Origin: Lingula anatina
Lineage: Eukaryota > Animalia > Brachiopoda
Assembly (NCBI GenBank): GCA_051362555.1
Contig: CM120643.1
Location: 19,534,848-19,598,847 of the forward strand
Length of the DNA: 64,000 bases
Direction of reading: 5' to 3'
A program made the translations under genes and the position numbers. The first letter of the stretch is position 1, and every line of letters starts with the position of its first letter. The notes under the pieces are model-generated. The model searched no databases and was not told the DNA's origin. It saw only the letters and a list, made by a program, of their open reading frames with translations. Shown piece by piece: positions 25,201 to 36,518 of this stretch.

Positions 25201-28200
25201 AATGAGGGCAAAAGCCATAGTGTCTCTTATAATATTCTGATTATTCATTATCCCTAGCACCCCCTCAACCTATCTACCAACACATTTTGTTTTTTCGAAG
25301 TTAATGATTCGACGTTGTAAATCCTCGCGCTATAGCAGTTACCACGTGGGCCAAAATGTGCAGAAAAACCAATAGACGCCATGGTCAATTATACATATAG
25401 TCACCAAAGTGGGCTGGGATATTTTTCTTACACCTAGTTAAACAGCAAAGAGCTACTGTTGCTTTCTACGTGCAAAAGATCCTATAGATATCTTTGCTGT
25501 TGTTTACAATACAGCTTTCCTAACAGCTGCTCTGTTGTTGCAGACGTTCGCTGAAGCTTTGGACGGGATGGTGCGTTCACTCCCAGAAGAAATGTTCAGG
25601 TAAATTTATGTCGCTTATCCAGAGGTTAAAGTGGTAAACGAGACTGTGTGTGTATAGAATGGGTATGACTGACATTGTGTGTATCATTACTGAATGTGTT
25701 GCTTAATCCACATAATTTATACACATAGGACGGGCGAGAATGTCAAGAAAATAACGCATAGCCAAAGCATTCAAGATATCGGAGGAGCTCTTCCTTTAGA
25801 AAATATAAGGTAAGATACGCCCAGGTACTATGCAGTATGGACAGTGGCACTATTTTATTTCTATATAATTGGGAAATGTTATTTTTGTGATTTTAACAAT
25901 TTCTTCTAATGCTAAATTCTCCATATCAAGATTTATATATATCTTAATTCAAAGACACTAACATATGGGTTCCAGAGTCTAATTACCCTTGGTCTAATTA
26001 CCCATGGATTGAAAGCAAACGGATAAAATTGTCGATTTGCCATTGGAAGTGTCTATATTATAATGTCGCTGCAGGTTCTCTGTGTTTGCCCTTGGGTCCC
26101 GGGCATACCCGGACTACTGCGGGTTTGGTCACTACCTGGATGGGATCCTGTACCAACTGGGGGGTGAGAGGGTGTTAAAGATGGCAGACGGGGACGCGCT
26201 CTGTGGGCAGGATGACGCCTTTAGACAGTGGAGCAACCAGGTGTTGCAGGTATGAATGTTGTGATTTTAACGAAATAGTCTAAGTCTATTAAGAATAATA
26301 TAAACCGACATAAGAATGGTCCATATGTATGTATGATTAATAGAACAGTATGTTTTGTGTCGCGCATGCAGGAACGTATGCACGCACGCAAGAACACACT
26401 TCAGAGACATACAAAGGTGTACATGTATGCATGCACGCACGCTTTTAGAGTTGTAAAAGGCATTTTCCCTCTTCTTGCATTACAAGTTCTAAAATTTTGC
26501 ATTACTTTAAAATTTCATTGTAAGTTATAAGTGTTTTTTAAAGAAATGCATACCAGTGATTCTATGATATAATGTTGGGAATCCCTTACTTTATTTTAAC
26601 CATCATTCCGACATAAGGATCGACTTTCAACACAGAGCGTGTTTGCTTTTCAGGCATCTTGCCAGCAGTTCTGTATTGATGATGGATTGTACAAGGAGGT
26701 CACCCAATCCTCTGACCTTCAGGGTCATTCGTGGCAGGAGGGAGTGTTCCGCCTAGTGACATCAGAGGGGCTAGACAGCCCGGATGCAGATGGAGAACTT
26801 TGCAAAGGTACACATGTAAGATTGCCATAGCGTCAAATAAAATGCTGCAGCAAGAGAAGTTTTAACTTTTAAAAATGTTAATAACGTGTTTTATTTATTC
26901 ATTCATTAATTGGTTTGTTTATATTTTTATTTTGACGATGTATTCCAAACTAAAAAAAATTGGATATATATGCCCCTGTACAAGCGCAGCGAAAGGGAGG
27001 ATATTCGATGTTGAATACAAACATTTATCTCTTAGTCTTCAGCTTGGAATTTCATTTCAGTGTGATACTTCTGTGATAGTATGCGTATTCATAGGCGTAT
27101 TCATGATCGTAATCTTCTTAATGTGTTCTTAGTCTATAATTGAAATCAACCTATTATTTAACTATAGGCCTGTCTGCTATACACGGTAAGACCCTTGCCC
27201 CGTATAGAATCACAGAGAGGCGGAATTTACAAGGAAATAATTCTGGGTGCGTATCACAAGAAAAAATCCTTCATAGAAATTAAAATCATTGTAATTAAAA
27301 TCATCAGTCAGACCAGCTTATTAACGTTACATTTAGGTAGTAGTGTAGGTTGAGGTGTCAATTTAGAACTAGTGGTGTATCAACGGTTTTACTTTATCTT
27401 TTGTTTTTTCTAGGCGGAGAACACTATTTTTGAGACTGCAGTCAGACAGAGATCACGTGACCACCCATGTCCCTGGTGACCATTTGTCTGTTTCTCCGGC
27501 GAATTCAGAAAGCATGGTCAACGAGATACTGGCTCGTCTTGACGACTGCCCTGACCCCGATCGGACAGTGGCTGTAGAAGAGTTTAAACCTTGTAGTGAA
27601 CCTTGGGGTAGGTTTTAAAACTCCATGCAATCAAGACTGTTGTTGCTGATTGAGCTTATTGACAACCTTGCCGAAAACTAAACATATAAGCACATGGCCC
27701 ATCTCAATCATCCATCCTTCCATTGACCTTAGATCCATTTCATCCGTTCGCTTGACAGTTTGCCACAATTCCTTCGCCTCGCTTCAACCCACAAAGTAAA
27801 ACCTGGTAAGTATGTAAAGTGACAAAAAGCCTTTCAAAACGGCGAAGAAACAGACACGTTGGAAAACATTTTATCTTTTTATTGGTATCTTTCTTGATTT
27901 GGTTTGCGAATTATGTACGTGCATCATCCAAATACCGTTTTTACAGATTCGGCATTTCAGGTACCCTTGTCACAAATGTTACATGTAAATGAGTTGATAG
28001 TATAGAAAAAAAACTATATTTCAACTCAGTTTAGAATGCTAACTGCAATGGATAGATTGTCCTGTTAAATTTTGATATTGCATTGGAAGTGTCTATGGGT
28101 TCGATGGAGAACTGTAACAGCCGCCGTATAGTGTCGCCACCGTCTATTTACCATCTGATCTGCTTGGTGCCGCCTGGAATTGAAAACTCTTTATTGAGAT

Positions 28201-28337
28201 TTTAAATTTAATATGTTACGAAATAGTTTTATCAAACTGAGGAGCATTTACAGAATCGAACGCGACAACATTTGACCCGCACATGTTCACGTGCAATTAT
28301 TAAAAGGACAAACGAAAAAATGAATTAAGTCTGTAAC

Positions 28338-28397
<60 letters not shown>

Positions 28398-28610
28398 TCA
28401 GAAAATATGAATAATACCTCCAACTTAAAAACACTTACGAAACTAAATGCAGTATCGGATGCACTGCAATCACAGCCAATACAGTAACAGTTTGTCCCGG
28501 AGCACTCACTACCACAACAGGTGCATTTTGCCTTGAGGGCCACGGAGGTGCCTGCTCTAGCCGCGGCAGCTGTGGTCTCTATGATTGAAATAAAATGGAG
28601 ATCAGTTGAT

Positions 28611-28644
<34 letters not shown>

Positions 28645-31600
28645 GAGGAAGGAGAAGTTACATCCTGGTAGATTAGGCCTGTTTCAAGTGTCTCATTTTC
28701 CTAGACGCCTATCTAAATGTACCTTGGGCCACTTTGCGCAAACTGTGGCGAGAAATGTGCAATAAACACATACAATAAAAATGAAGGAAAGTAAATGAGC
28801 AATTAAAAAAGCGAAAAAATGAACAAATAAAAGTGGAGGAAATTAATGCTTTTGCAACTCCCTTCGACATCTCTTTCTATAAATCCTCTCTCGCCCTCTC
28901 TCCAACTGTGACGCACTCACGATGTCGTTCAAAAAAAAAAAAATAATAATAAATAAATAAATAAACAAAAAAATAATAATAAAATAACCCTACGTTTTTG
29001 ATAAAACCTTATTTCGGTGCTGGATTTTTCGAGTGTGTTCATTCTAACGAAACAGTTATGTATCCTAAATTAGCAAGAAACGGCAGGATTAACGACTACA
29101 GTTTATATATATAGATCGCTTAAAGATTAAATAAAATATAAAATTTAATGTACTGGTACCTTGTAAGACAACAGCAGCAACAACCAAAAGCACCATGAGA
29201 GCCAGAGTCTTCATTTTTATAATGATACCAAATGATACAACGATCAAATATGTAGGTTTTTAGGCGTCCGTCGATATGACTTTCCGACAAATGAAGTGAA
29301 TTTATATACAATTGTAAGTAGTCTAATTATCATACTTAATCAATAACAAGACAAGAGAATTCTTCAAGCAAAACCAAGTATGCGGAAAAGTTGGACAAGG
29401 TCTTGCAAAGCACCTATAAATATGTATATTCAAGACGTTTCCTCGCATATAAACAATTTTCCATAGTCATGAAAGAGAGAAACAAGTGCATTGGGACAAG
29501 AACCGGGTGATATTTTCAAAAGTATGTATTGCCGACTTCCACAATAAGGTGGTTTTTATTCAATAGTTTCGCCACACGGAAATGTGAATACTGATAATCT
29601 TAATGGACATTAATTACGCCGGCGGTGTTTGGTGAGAGATGGTAAGAAGTTGATCTTCAAAACCCACAAAAATGGCGTGACTGCGGTCTCCAAAGTTTTG
29701 ACCAATCGTCTATTTTATAGGAGTCTCGCCGTCCGTTCTATAACATTTGAACTGATTTGACTCTCACAAATAACGTAAAAACACGTCGAAAAATGCTCGT
29801 TAAGATGATCATTATTCACATTTCCTTATATATAACGAAAAAATCGAGTTTTAAAATCCAATAAATGGAATTTTTATAGATGGTTTTTACGGCGTGGTAC
29901 AACTCCGTAAACATGTTTTTGACGCACTCTTATTTTCCCACAAAGAGCACTCGATACCCGGTTTCTTTTCGTCGGTAGCGAAGCGGGGAAACCGTAAGTA
30001 TGTGGGGATCCGCAGAATATATCGGTAGTGTGGTAAGATTTATCGGTGGGCTCTGCGGAAAATTGTAAGACCGAGGAAAAACCGCGGCAAATCTGTAAAA
30101 AACTTGTAACAGTGGTAATGCTCATGATCGCGTGCGGTGATTAGGGGGCCCTGCGTTATCCCCACACCCAGGGCTATTTTTTTTTTCTGAATGCGACCCT
30201 CCTCCTCCTCCTCCACTACCATACACATGTAGTTACAAATGAAAATAACTTAAAGAGAAACCCTCATGTTACATCATTTCCAAAAAAAAAAGACATTTGC
30301 ACGGATATTTTTGTTTACCTTTTGCGCTCTGCATGCTGGAAGGAAAAGAAGTAGGTCAAATTCACGAATAAAAATGGTGAAGGTGGTGTTTTAAAGCCTT
30401 TTCCTGCTACCCGAAAGATTGATTTCTTTCTTTTTTTTTTTCGCATTTTATTTTGATTTTATTATAATTATAATTACTATTATTGACATGTGGGTTTTAT
30501 TTTTATTGGAAAACTGGCACTAATGATTGCGTTACAAGCCATGCATTTAGTCTCGCTTCATGTATTTATCTTTAAATTCGCTTTCTTCGCACCTGAATAG
30601 TGGCCCATGCAGAGGTGTATGATATCACCAAGCAGAAAGAACTATAACTATGTCGTAACCTTTATTTTTCTTAGTACGTGTATATAGGCTACTCATTTTA
30701 AAGGTGTGCCATTGATGAACACGTGTAGGCCAACAAAGTTATTATAGAGAATGACAGTGATAGGAACGTGTACGTGCACGATAACACATTATTTCCATAC
30801 AGGTCCTATTGGGAAATGGGTCAGATACAAGCGTCTGCCACCTTGCAGCGTTCGGACTGCGATCACGTGGTACCTTGACGTCACGACCCCGCCAGTGCCA
30901 AAGCTACTTGCCAACCTGTCTTGTTTTGCGACGGATGCATCTGAAAAGGCCAAGCTAGAGGAATTAGCCAAGGTAAGTGTCATAGTATTAAGTGTATAGA
31001 GCACTTTGCAAACAGGCTTTCTGTTCCCAGTCTTCTGCAAGGTTGATTGATTTAGTTAGGTGTTTCATTCCACGTGACTTTGAGTGATGTTAGAACAAAC
31101 GTATAGCGCTTTCCAGTACATGTAGATGCATGACGCTTACAGGTACATGCCTGAAGCAAGTAGGCCCTATTATTTATTTATTTATTTTAAAAATCACCTC
31201 AGCAAAAATATTCGTACCAAATAAAAATATTTTATATTAATTCGATCTTTTATCTTTAGGATGAAAACGCCTATGACGACTGGAAACATGAGACAGCTCC
31301 AACCATTCCAGATATACTCCAGAAATTTCCCAGCATTCGCTTGCCTGCTTCCTTTCTGCTGACGCAACTTCCGCTTTTGATGCCAAGGTTTTACAGCATC
31401 AGTTCCTCTCCAGAACTCCACAAAGGCGAAGTACACCTGACAGTAGCCGTGGTTGAGTACAGGACCAAGGGTAGCTTTTCACATTTTGAATAAACTGAAA
31501 TATAATAAACTGAAATATAATAAAAACACATTTTTCATTGTGACAAACAACCCTTACCCTTGAAAAACTGAAAACAAAAATACATTTTTCATTCAGTTCT

Positions 31601-33766
31601 TTTCGTTTGTTGTAATTCCTCGTTGATATTTACTAAAATATTTGTCTCTGTGTTACGTTATTAGGATATTGCGATTCCTTGTCTCCTTGATTCAAAGTCT
31701 TATGAAAGTTTAAAGCAATATCTTACTCTTTCATTTGATATGAAGTCAGAACTACACAGTGCGTCAGAACTTCAGGTGATTTTCACCCTTGTTTTTGTAG
31801 GTGGCGCTGTGAGGAAGGGCGTGTGCTCCTCGTGGTTCGATACAATGGCCATCGGCTGTGTGGTCCCCGCATATGTGAGACCGTAAGTTTGAGCTTTTTT
31901 CGTACTGCGGTGTTGTTTGAAAAAGTCCGTGTTACATGTTATCCCGGTTGCTATGAGAAACGTCATCTTTTCATGTGTTAACGCGTCTTTGTAGGCAGTT
32001 TTCGTCATAAATATGATGACGGAAAGCGACAAGAAGATCAGATAAAAATAGGCATGAAAGTATAATTCCTTGTCTTAGTGACAGGGATATCGGTACGACG
32101 ACAACATTTTGGACCTCATGAACTGTTTTTACACTTAATGAGCCCAGTGCACCAACAGGGCCTGTTTTATGTAAAGGACAATTGAAAAGTACTAACTTTA
32201 TCGCCGCGAAAAACTCTACAACTCTGAAATCCTAGGGTAGAAGATATTTTGGGTGCTAGCTGAAATCAAAGTCTAAGTGGTACACTGAAGAAAGTAAATA
32301 TAATAAGTTGTCTTTTATATACTTTCCAGTGCTCCACGGTTCCACCTCCCCGCAGATAGATCTTTACCGGTTATAATGGTTGGACCCGGAACTGGAATAG
32401 CACCATTTCGGGGCTTCTGGCAGCAACGATATGTAGAGAGGCAAAGGGATAATTCCAATAGTAACGTATAACGTTTTATGTCTTGTGCTTGCCTGCATTC
32501 CAAACCATGTGAAAATCATTTTAGGCTGTAGTCTGAAAACTAGAGGCCTGTTTATTTGTATTTAATTGTTAAAATATCGCTTCTTACAGTGAAATAGAGA
32601 TTGTGTCGACATGTCTAATCGCTGTTTTCACATTTTTATTTTTAGATTTTGGAGACATGCATTTATATTTTGGGTGTCGCCAAAAGTCCCACGACAAGTT
32701 ATACCACGAGGAAATTAGTCGCATGAGGTTAGGTGGTGCGTTAAGTAAGGCTTTTGTAGCTCTGTCACGAGAACCCGGTATACCAAAGGTAATACCAGTA
32801 GTACTTTTCACAGCAAATTTGTCCATTTATTCTTAAATGATAAAAGATACGCGTGCTAACTTTTGAAGTAGTTTCACAACAAACTCGTTATTATTTATTT
32901 GAGTTATGTTTTTTAAGAAAGCAGTCTAAAACAACAAAATCCTTATTTATTTTTACATTCAAGACATAAGGCGGGTTTGTAGCACACGGTCACAAGGTTA
33001 GTATTTCATCAAATATTCAACAAATTACTCTGCGACAAAATAAACAGAATAATCATACTCGTATCTATTCATCCAGATGTACGTTCAAGACTTGCTTCGT
33101 GAGAACAAAGCCGAAGTTTACAGGGACATCGTGGAGAAAGGTGGCCATTTCTACGTTTGCGGTGATATCTCCATGGCAGCTGACGTGAATCGCACAATCA
33201 AGACAATCCTGATCGAGAGTGGGATGTCAGAGGATGATGCAGTCAGTTACCTGAAACAAATGTCTGTAAGTATACCTTTTCGACATTTATGAGGCCTATA
33301 TTCAAAAGAACATCTTTTAAGGTACAAAAAATAAATTCTTTTTGAGATACACGCATTGTTATATGCTTTAAGAGACAAACAGAACTACCGTACACTACAG
33401 AACACTGCACGTCTGTAATGAAACCATGGAACCAAAATATGGATATGCTGTTCACCGAAATATTTATGTATCCTCTTCTGAAGTGTTGGCAGAAAGCGCG
33501 TACGGAGTACTGTAATTTGAGATTATAACACCAGCCATCAGGATTAAACATGTAAAACTCGCGCATATCTATGCAGTTAATTCATAAAATACGCCGTAAT
33601 TATGATTTATTTCTAGAGAAACGGTCGATATCACGAAGACATATTCGGTGTGACGTTGCGTACATCGGAGGTGACGGCAATCAAACGGCAGATTTCCTTG
33701 CAGATTTTGAGGACGCCGTCAGACGCGTCCAGCACTTCCAGCCTAATGGACATACCGGAAGTATAG
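531..33766 (+). CDS. NOS: Nitric oxide synthase, PDZ-containing (nNOS/NOS1-like), 26 coding exons, about 1487 aa (whole gene model)
   Basis: join(531..1515,9543..9688,12492..12640,16436..16598,18130..18221,19838..19979,20276..20415,21688..21862,22299..22400,23484..23678,24107..24216,24533..24677,25023..25127,25544..25599,25729..25809,26075..26249,26654..26807,27168..27246,27414..27607,30803..30972,31260..31470,31801..31882,32330..32460,32646..32788,33077..33265,33617..33766) = 4464 nt, all introns GT-AG and in frame. Motifs: PDZ; Zn site CSSEKC; heme thiolate [13 protein letters not shown]; GWYMGTEI; DWVWIVPP; CaM helix; [11 protein letters not shown] and STFGSGDPP; [12 protein letters not shown]; [19 protein letters not shown]; YHEDIFG. 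Confidence 0.96.
2856..3040. mobile_element. Same MITE family (copy D, degenerate), NOS intron 1
   Basis: G-run, AAAGAACCGCCCTTTTGG and CTTTGAAATAGCTCGCTACAGGCCCG resemble copy A. Confidence 0.55.
7776..7830. repeat. (ATT)n microsatellite
   Basis: Read directly. Confidence 0.95.
9543..9688 (+). CDS. NOS: NOS exon 2
   Basis: [49 protein letters not shown], the NOS 'CP...LxN..TG...DTLH' region; CAG|GTAAGT donor. Confidence 0.9.
9764..9988. repeat. Imperfect fold-back palindrome (old MITE) just downstream of NOS exon 2
   Basis: Paired blocks TGGATCGATCTA.CTCC.TGGGGAGTCTCA / TGAGACTCCCCCAAGGAGTTAGATCGATCCA and TCTGTCACGCCTA / TAGGCGTGACAGA. Confidence 0.75.
12492..12640 (+). CDS. NOS: NOS exon 3 (zinc tetrathiolate CxxxxC)
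   Basis: [17 protein letters not shown]...[12 protein letters not shown]. Confidence 0.93.
13653..15857. mobile_element. Non-autonomous Kolobok-like DNA transposon, 2.2 kb, in NOS intron 3
   Basis: TTAA on both flanks; imperfect TIR GGAGGTCCTCTCATATT / AATATGAGAGGGCGTCC; RR termini. Confidence 0.72.
15945..15980. repeat. (ATT)n microsatellite
   Basis: Read directly. Confidence 0.95.
16436..16598 (+). CDS. NOS: NOS exon 4 (heme-ligating Cys)
   Basis: [34 protein letters not shown]. Confidence 0.97.
18130..18221 (+). CDS. NOS: NOS exon 5
   Basis: [31 protein letters not shown]. Confidence 0.95.
18518..19600. mobile_element. Non-autonomous PIF/Harbinger-like element, 1083 bp, in NOS intron 5
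   Basis: About 35-bp TIR GGCCACACTTTTTT(T)ATTTTTATGGATGACATCCT; TTA TSD on both sides. Confidence 0.85.
19838..19979 (+). CDS. NOS: NOS exon 6
   Basis: [47 protein letters not shown]. Confidence 0.95.
20276..20415 (+). CDS. NOS: NOS exon 7
   Basis: [47 protein letters not shown]. Confidence 0.95.
20819..20959. mobile_element. Same MITE family (copy C, degenerate), NOS intron 7
   Basis: CAGGCCCGTAGC...GCTACGGGCCCG with shared internal AAAAAGTGGACCTTTT. Confidence 0.7.
21688..21862 (+). CDS. NOS: NOS exon 8 (substrate-binding Glu)
   Basis: [58 protein letters not shown]. Confidence 0.96.
21822..22024 (+). repeat. 48-bp tandem repeat (4 copies) spanning the NOS exon 8 donor
   Basis: Unit CACGTGACCTGTGTGACCAGTCCAGGTATAACATTATTAAGGTACGAA; copy 2 is 52 bp. 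Confidence 0.95.
22187..22275. repeat. (TA)n plus poly-T and (TTA)n just upstream of the NOS exon 9 acceptor
   Basis: Read directly. Confidence 0.95.
22299..22400 (+). CDS. NOS: NOS exon 9
   Basis: [34 protein letters not shown]. Confidence 0.95.
22740..23240 (-). mobile_element. Possible tRNA-derived SINE remnant in NOS intron 9
   Basis: Minus strand GGTCAGAGTGTCCGCCTC head followed by CATACCA...AAATGG...TGCTGGCTCTCCGCTTGGCACTCAGCAATTAGGG, resembling invertebrate SINE cores from memory; no TSD resolved. Confidence 0.45.
23484..23678 (+). CDS. NOS: NOS exon 10 (BH4-stacking Trp)
   Basis: [20 protein letters not shown]...[27 protein letters not shown]...PSYEYQ. Confidence 0.97.
24107..24216 (+). 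CDS. NOS: NOS exon 11 (linker and start of CaM-binding helix)
   Basis: [37 protein letters not shown]. Confidence 0.92.
24533..24677 (+). CDS. NOS: NOS exon 12 (CaM helix end, FMN P-loop)
   Basis: [48 protein letters not shown]. Confidence 0.95.
25023..25127 (+). CDS. NOS: NOS exon 13
   Basis: [35 protein letters not shown]. Confidence 0.96.
25544..25599 (+). CDS. NOS: NOS exon 14 (autoinhibitory insert, part 1)
   Basis: [19 protein letters not shown]; phase 0 to 2. Confidence 0.85.
25729..25809 (+). CDS. NOS: NOS exon 15 (autoinhibitory insert, part 2)
   Basis: [27 protein letters not shown]; symmetric phase 2, ends in the PLxN(V/I)R motif. Confidence 0.85.
26075..26249 (+). CDS. NOS: NOS exon 16 (FMN domain)
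   Basis: [18 protein letters not shown]...[25 protein letters not shown]. Confidence 0.96.
26654..26807 (+). CDS. NOS: NOS exon 17
   Basis: [35 protein letters not shown]...ELCK. Confidence 0.9.
27168..27246 (+). CDS. NOS: NOS exon 18
   Basis: [27 protein letters not shown]. Confidence 0.9.
27414..27607 (+). CDS. NOS: NOS exon 19
   Basis: RRTLFLRL...[25 protein letters not shown]. Confidence 0.93.
28337..28395. repeat. (CT)n(CA)n compound microsatellite
   Basis: Read directly. Confidence 0.95.
28612..28642. repeat. (GT)n microsatellite
   Basis: Read directly. Confidence 0.95.
30803..30972 (+). CDS. NOS: NOS exon 20
   Basis: [48 protein letters not shown]. Confidence 0.94.
31260..31470 (+). 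CDS. NOS: NOS exon 21 (FAD binding)
   Basis: [66 protein letters not shown]. Confidence 0.96.
31801..31882 (+). CDS. NOS: NOS exon 22
   Basis: [28 protein letters not shown]. Confidence 0.93.
32330..32460 (+). CDS. NOS: NOS exon 23 (NADPH binding)
   Basis: [33 protein letters not shown]. Confidence 0.95.
32646..32788 (+). CDS. NOS: NOS exon 24
   Basis: [23 protein letters not shown]...[10 protein letters not shown]. Confidence 0.94.
33077..33265 (+). CDS. NOS: NOS exon 25
   Basis: [37 protein letters not shown]. Confidence 0.95.
33617..33766 (+). CDS. NOS: NOS exon 26 (terminal coding exon, C-terminal tail)
   Basis: [49 protein letters not shown]; TAG at 33764-33766; AATAAA candidates at 34879 and 35182. 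Confidence 0.9.
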   Translation, partial: RNGRYHEDIFGVTLRTSEVTAIKRQISLQILRTPSDASSTSSLMDIPEV

Positions 33767-34615
33767 GTGTAGGCCCTATATCGTTTACCGCAACGTCGGG
33801 CCTTAGCTTATTTGGGTGAAAATCGTTGTGGTGTGGCAGGTGTGAATCAATTCTTTAGAACAAGTGTAAAGGGGTTCTGAAACAAAGACTCCCTCCACTG
33901 ATACATTGTACGTTTTTGATAGGTCAGAGATATAGGGCGACATCCGGGCAACCACAATAGAGGAACTTAATTGTGCCGCATGGGACTTTTGCATTAGATT
34001 GTAGGTTTATCTGTATTGAACTCAGGCAAGATTATATGATCAGAGAGAGAGTTGCAAAAGACATGTTTTATTCTGCTGTATTTCAGATCTGATTCAATTT
34101 ATTCAATGCAAGGAGGACGTTTTCTTGTTTGAATTGATGAATTATTTTGTGATTGGTTGCCGTGAAAATTTACCCAAAAATGCTCTAAGAAAGAAATTTA
34201 ATTGCGAGATAATACACAGAATTGCTGAATGGCTGTAGGCAAGACTATGATAAGGCATGACGCATTGATCAAATGCTTTGAATGAACAAAAATCTTCAAT
34301 TCATGGGCATTTGGCATCAGGGTGATCTAGAGTATCCAAAGGCACAATCAAATCCTTTCTAATGGGATATTTCGAGCTAAATTTTGCTTCTGTGCCTTTA
34401 AGAACCCTGGAGGTGTGTAGGCACACGTTCTGGTACGTGGCTGTTCACATTGGTTTGATGCATTTTCTTTTATATTCTGAATGTTAAATGTTTTGACTAA
34501 GAATCGTAAGAGTGATCTACTAGTATATTCAGATAGAGTGCAACACCGATAATTTGCTGCTTATTTTGCATGAAACAACAAGCTTGAGGATTTTTTATAG
34601 CCGATCAAATGAAAT

Positions 34616-34782
34616 CAGGCCCGTAGCCAGGGGGGTTCGGGGGGTTCAAAAGAACCGCTCCTTTTGGTGGAAAAAGGTCCATTCTTGGTAAAATTTGATC
34701 TAAGTTCATTAAGTTTTTCTGGAAAAAGGTCCACTTTTTCAGAAAAAGAGCCCCCCTTTTGAAATTGCTGGCTACAGGCTTG
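34616..34782. mobile_element. hAT-like MITE with 5-bp TSD (family copy A), in the probable NOS 3' UTR
   Basis: TIR CAGGCCCGTAGCCAG / CTGGCTACAGGCTTG; TSD GAAAT. Confidence 0.82.
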
Positions 34783-35725
34783 GAAATGTTACTGTTTTTT
34801 AGTTAGAGGCATCTATTATATGCCTAAATGTATTGTATTCACCGCATTTTGATAAACTGAAGTTTTCTTCTAAGCCCAAATAAATGTTAAATCCGCACCG
34901 TGTATGAGAAGCGCCTTGTAGAATATTTTATTGTTCACATCAAATACATGTGTACGAAAAGCATAATAATTATAACTATTATAATATTGACTAATTAGGA
35001 TTAATACGTTTTCACCATGTTTTGTCGTAAATCTGCGAATGCTAGGTGCGTATCGTTGTTTAACTTAAGGCTTATCATGATTTGAATTTGATTTGATTTG
35101 AATTTTCTGGCTTTAGATCCATCCACTTAAACAATATTCTTAAAATAACAGTTGTACTTTTATTGAAAGGACGATGGTTTGAATAAAAATCCAATGCATA
35201 CAGAGATCGAACGTTTTCTATTGTTTCTCGTACGTTACAAAATCTACCTAATTTTAAGAAAGGTGTAGAAAAGGATGATTCTGTCTGAAAGTAATCCGAA
35301 AAGATATGAATGTCGTTCTTTTAGGTAGTATATCAAATAAAAAAGATATCTTAAAGAAGAAAGTGATGTTTTGGTAACTAATATATAGACACTTACATAT
35401 ATCTCCAGTGTTATTCAAGCCAATAAATTCAACTTCAATAAAAAATCTCAATATGGATCTGCCCGTGAACTTGATAGTTACTTTTTTCTTATATCATATC
35501 ACTATTTTATATGACCTGATGTGTTAATATGTCATATACTTATATAAATAGATGGATCGCTGTAACGGTTATGCACTGATTTAGAAGCCAAACTCCTTTC
35601 CATCGTTTAGTGAAAGTAAAGTTTTGTTTAATTGCCGCGACTCCTGACTACCGTATTAGAGGAGAACAGGTTTGTCCTACACCAAAGACATCAGCAACCG
35701 CACCCATGCCAAGATTGTCTAGTTT

Positions 35726-35759
35726 TGTCTAGTCTAGTCTAGTCTAGTCTAGTCTAGTC
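35726..35759. repeat. (GTCTA)n pentanucleotide repeat
   Basis: Read directly. Confidence 0.9.
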
Positions 35760-36503
35760 GAATTGCCTTCTGTTTAATTTGAATAATATAGACTTGGTTC
35801 TTATATTTTGCTTCAAGACGTGTATCAACTAAAAAGTCCTACGCATATTATGCACGAAAAAGTGTATTAAATGGGCTAGTTTGATACTATACATACACGT
35901 ATGTTAATTACTGAGTCGTTGTGCAGCACTTTTTCTATGCAGTATACATGCATGCGTTATTACAATGTGTTTATCCACTTGGGTCGTTAGTTGGTACCCA
36001 TCAGTTCTCCATCCCTAGCAGAAACGACTCATTTGGAGTCATCCTTTAACAGTTAATGTGAGCGCAAAGAGTGCCTTACTTTTGTGATGTACACGTACAT
36101 GAGATATATCTTCTTGCCAAGTTAAAGCCGAAGTTGAAAGAAGATATATTCAAGAATGCTTGTAGACGACAAATGAAGGTATTTTTTCTCTCCAATTTTT
36201 AATTCTTATTTTTATCTATTATGTAATGCTTACAAAATATAACGGTGACATTGCTTCGTTATTATTGAATTATAAAAAAGGATGTAAGTGCAGAGAAGCA
36301 ATAACTGCATGTACATAATCATGTATAGATATAGTATTGCATGTGTAAATTAACCTGCCGCGTGCCTATAAAAATCAACTATTATATAAAGCAAACAACA
36401 TCTATTTGTAAACCACCATCATAAACCCGGCAGGCTTTCATAGAAATAGACCCTGAGGACCCCAGCGGATTGGGACCCGTTTTACGTGCCAAACCAAAGC
36501 AGC

Positions 36504-36518
36504 GTGACGTCACTTCCT
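36504..36518 (-). promoter_or_regulatory. Overlapping ETS-CRE composite motif (AGGAAGTGACGTCAC on -)
   Basis: Perfect CRE GTGACGTCAC overlapping CACTTCCT in a GC-richer patch between the convergent NOS and ROCO ends; function untested. Confidence 0.35.

Noticed and set aside
29860-30115. Possible CACTG-ended EnSpm MITE in NOS intron 19
   Set aside because: Only the right terminus (TTGTAACAGTG) is clear; left TIR and TSD not resolved
32583-32645. Alternative acceptor TTCTTACAG at 32589 before NOS exon 24
   Set aside because: In the required phase it reads ATG AAA TAG, an immediate stop
531-33766. An inverted NOS duplicate producing antisense RNA (Lymnaea antiNOS-like)
   Set aside because: No inverted copy of any NOS exon was seen in the window
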